Assembly: GCA_002292285.1 (NCBI GenBank)
Contig: DBBP01000027.1
Span: 260,472-324,471 of the forward strand
Source of the DNA: Proteobacteria bacterium UBA981
Lineage (GTDB): Bacteria; Pseudomonadota; Gammaproteobacteria; Ga0077536
Length of the DNA: 64,000 nt
Reading direction: 5' to 3'
Numbering within the stretch: position 1 is the first letter of the stretch; each line of letters starts with the position of its first letter. Both the position numbers and the translations under genes were made by a program. A model generated the notes under the pieces. The model saw nothing but the letters and a program-made list of their open reading frames with translations, made no database searches and was not told the origin of the DNA. Positions 63,979 to 64,000 of this stretch are shown here, in pieces.

Positions 63979-64000
63979 GATTTAACCTCTGCAATTGAGA

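Overview
This 64-kb window is GC-rich, densely coding gammaproteobacterial core chromosome. Gene order resembles Pseudomonas (gshB-tonB-algH-ruvX-pyrR-pyrB-pyrC'; pilT-pilU/yggS-proC-yggT-metX-metW; coaD-fdx; M16 peptidase pair-rsmD-ftsYEX-rpoH; aa3 cytochrome oxidase assembly cluster) but is rearranged. Here coaBC-algC-argB-slmA-pyrE sit together and dut is absent, so this is not Pseudomonas itself. I found no rRNA or tRNA genes, no CRISPR array, and no transposases, integrases or phage genes. The most accessory-looking stretch is about 20.4-26.8 kb, a run of co-directional minus-strand genes (glutaredoxin-like, ATL, GFA, cupin, two hypotheticals) ending in three tandem PilT-family ATPases. 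I could not identify a convincing novel defence-like system. The best candidates for follow-up are the third PilT/PilU paralog, an orphan ParA-like ATPase with a polybasic tail beside phosphoribulokinase, the sensor-like two-TM N-terminal extension fused to AlgC, a PyrK-like flavoprotein after a histidine-less pyrC', a Trp-for-Cys alkyltransferase-like protein, and several genes (pyrE, slmA) whose conserved N-termini are encoded upstream of any canonical start codon. Start codons were adjusted from the ORF track where homology-based N-termini, RBS or stop/start overlaps suggested it. The ORF track treats GTG and TTG as starts.
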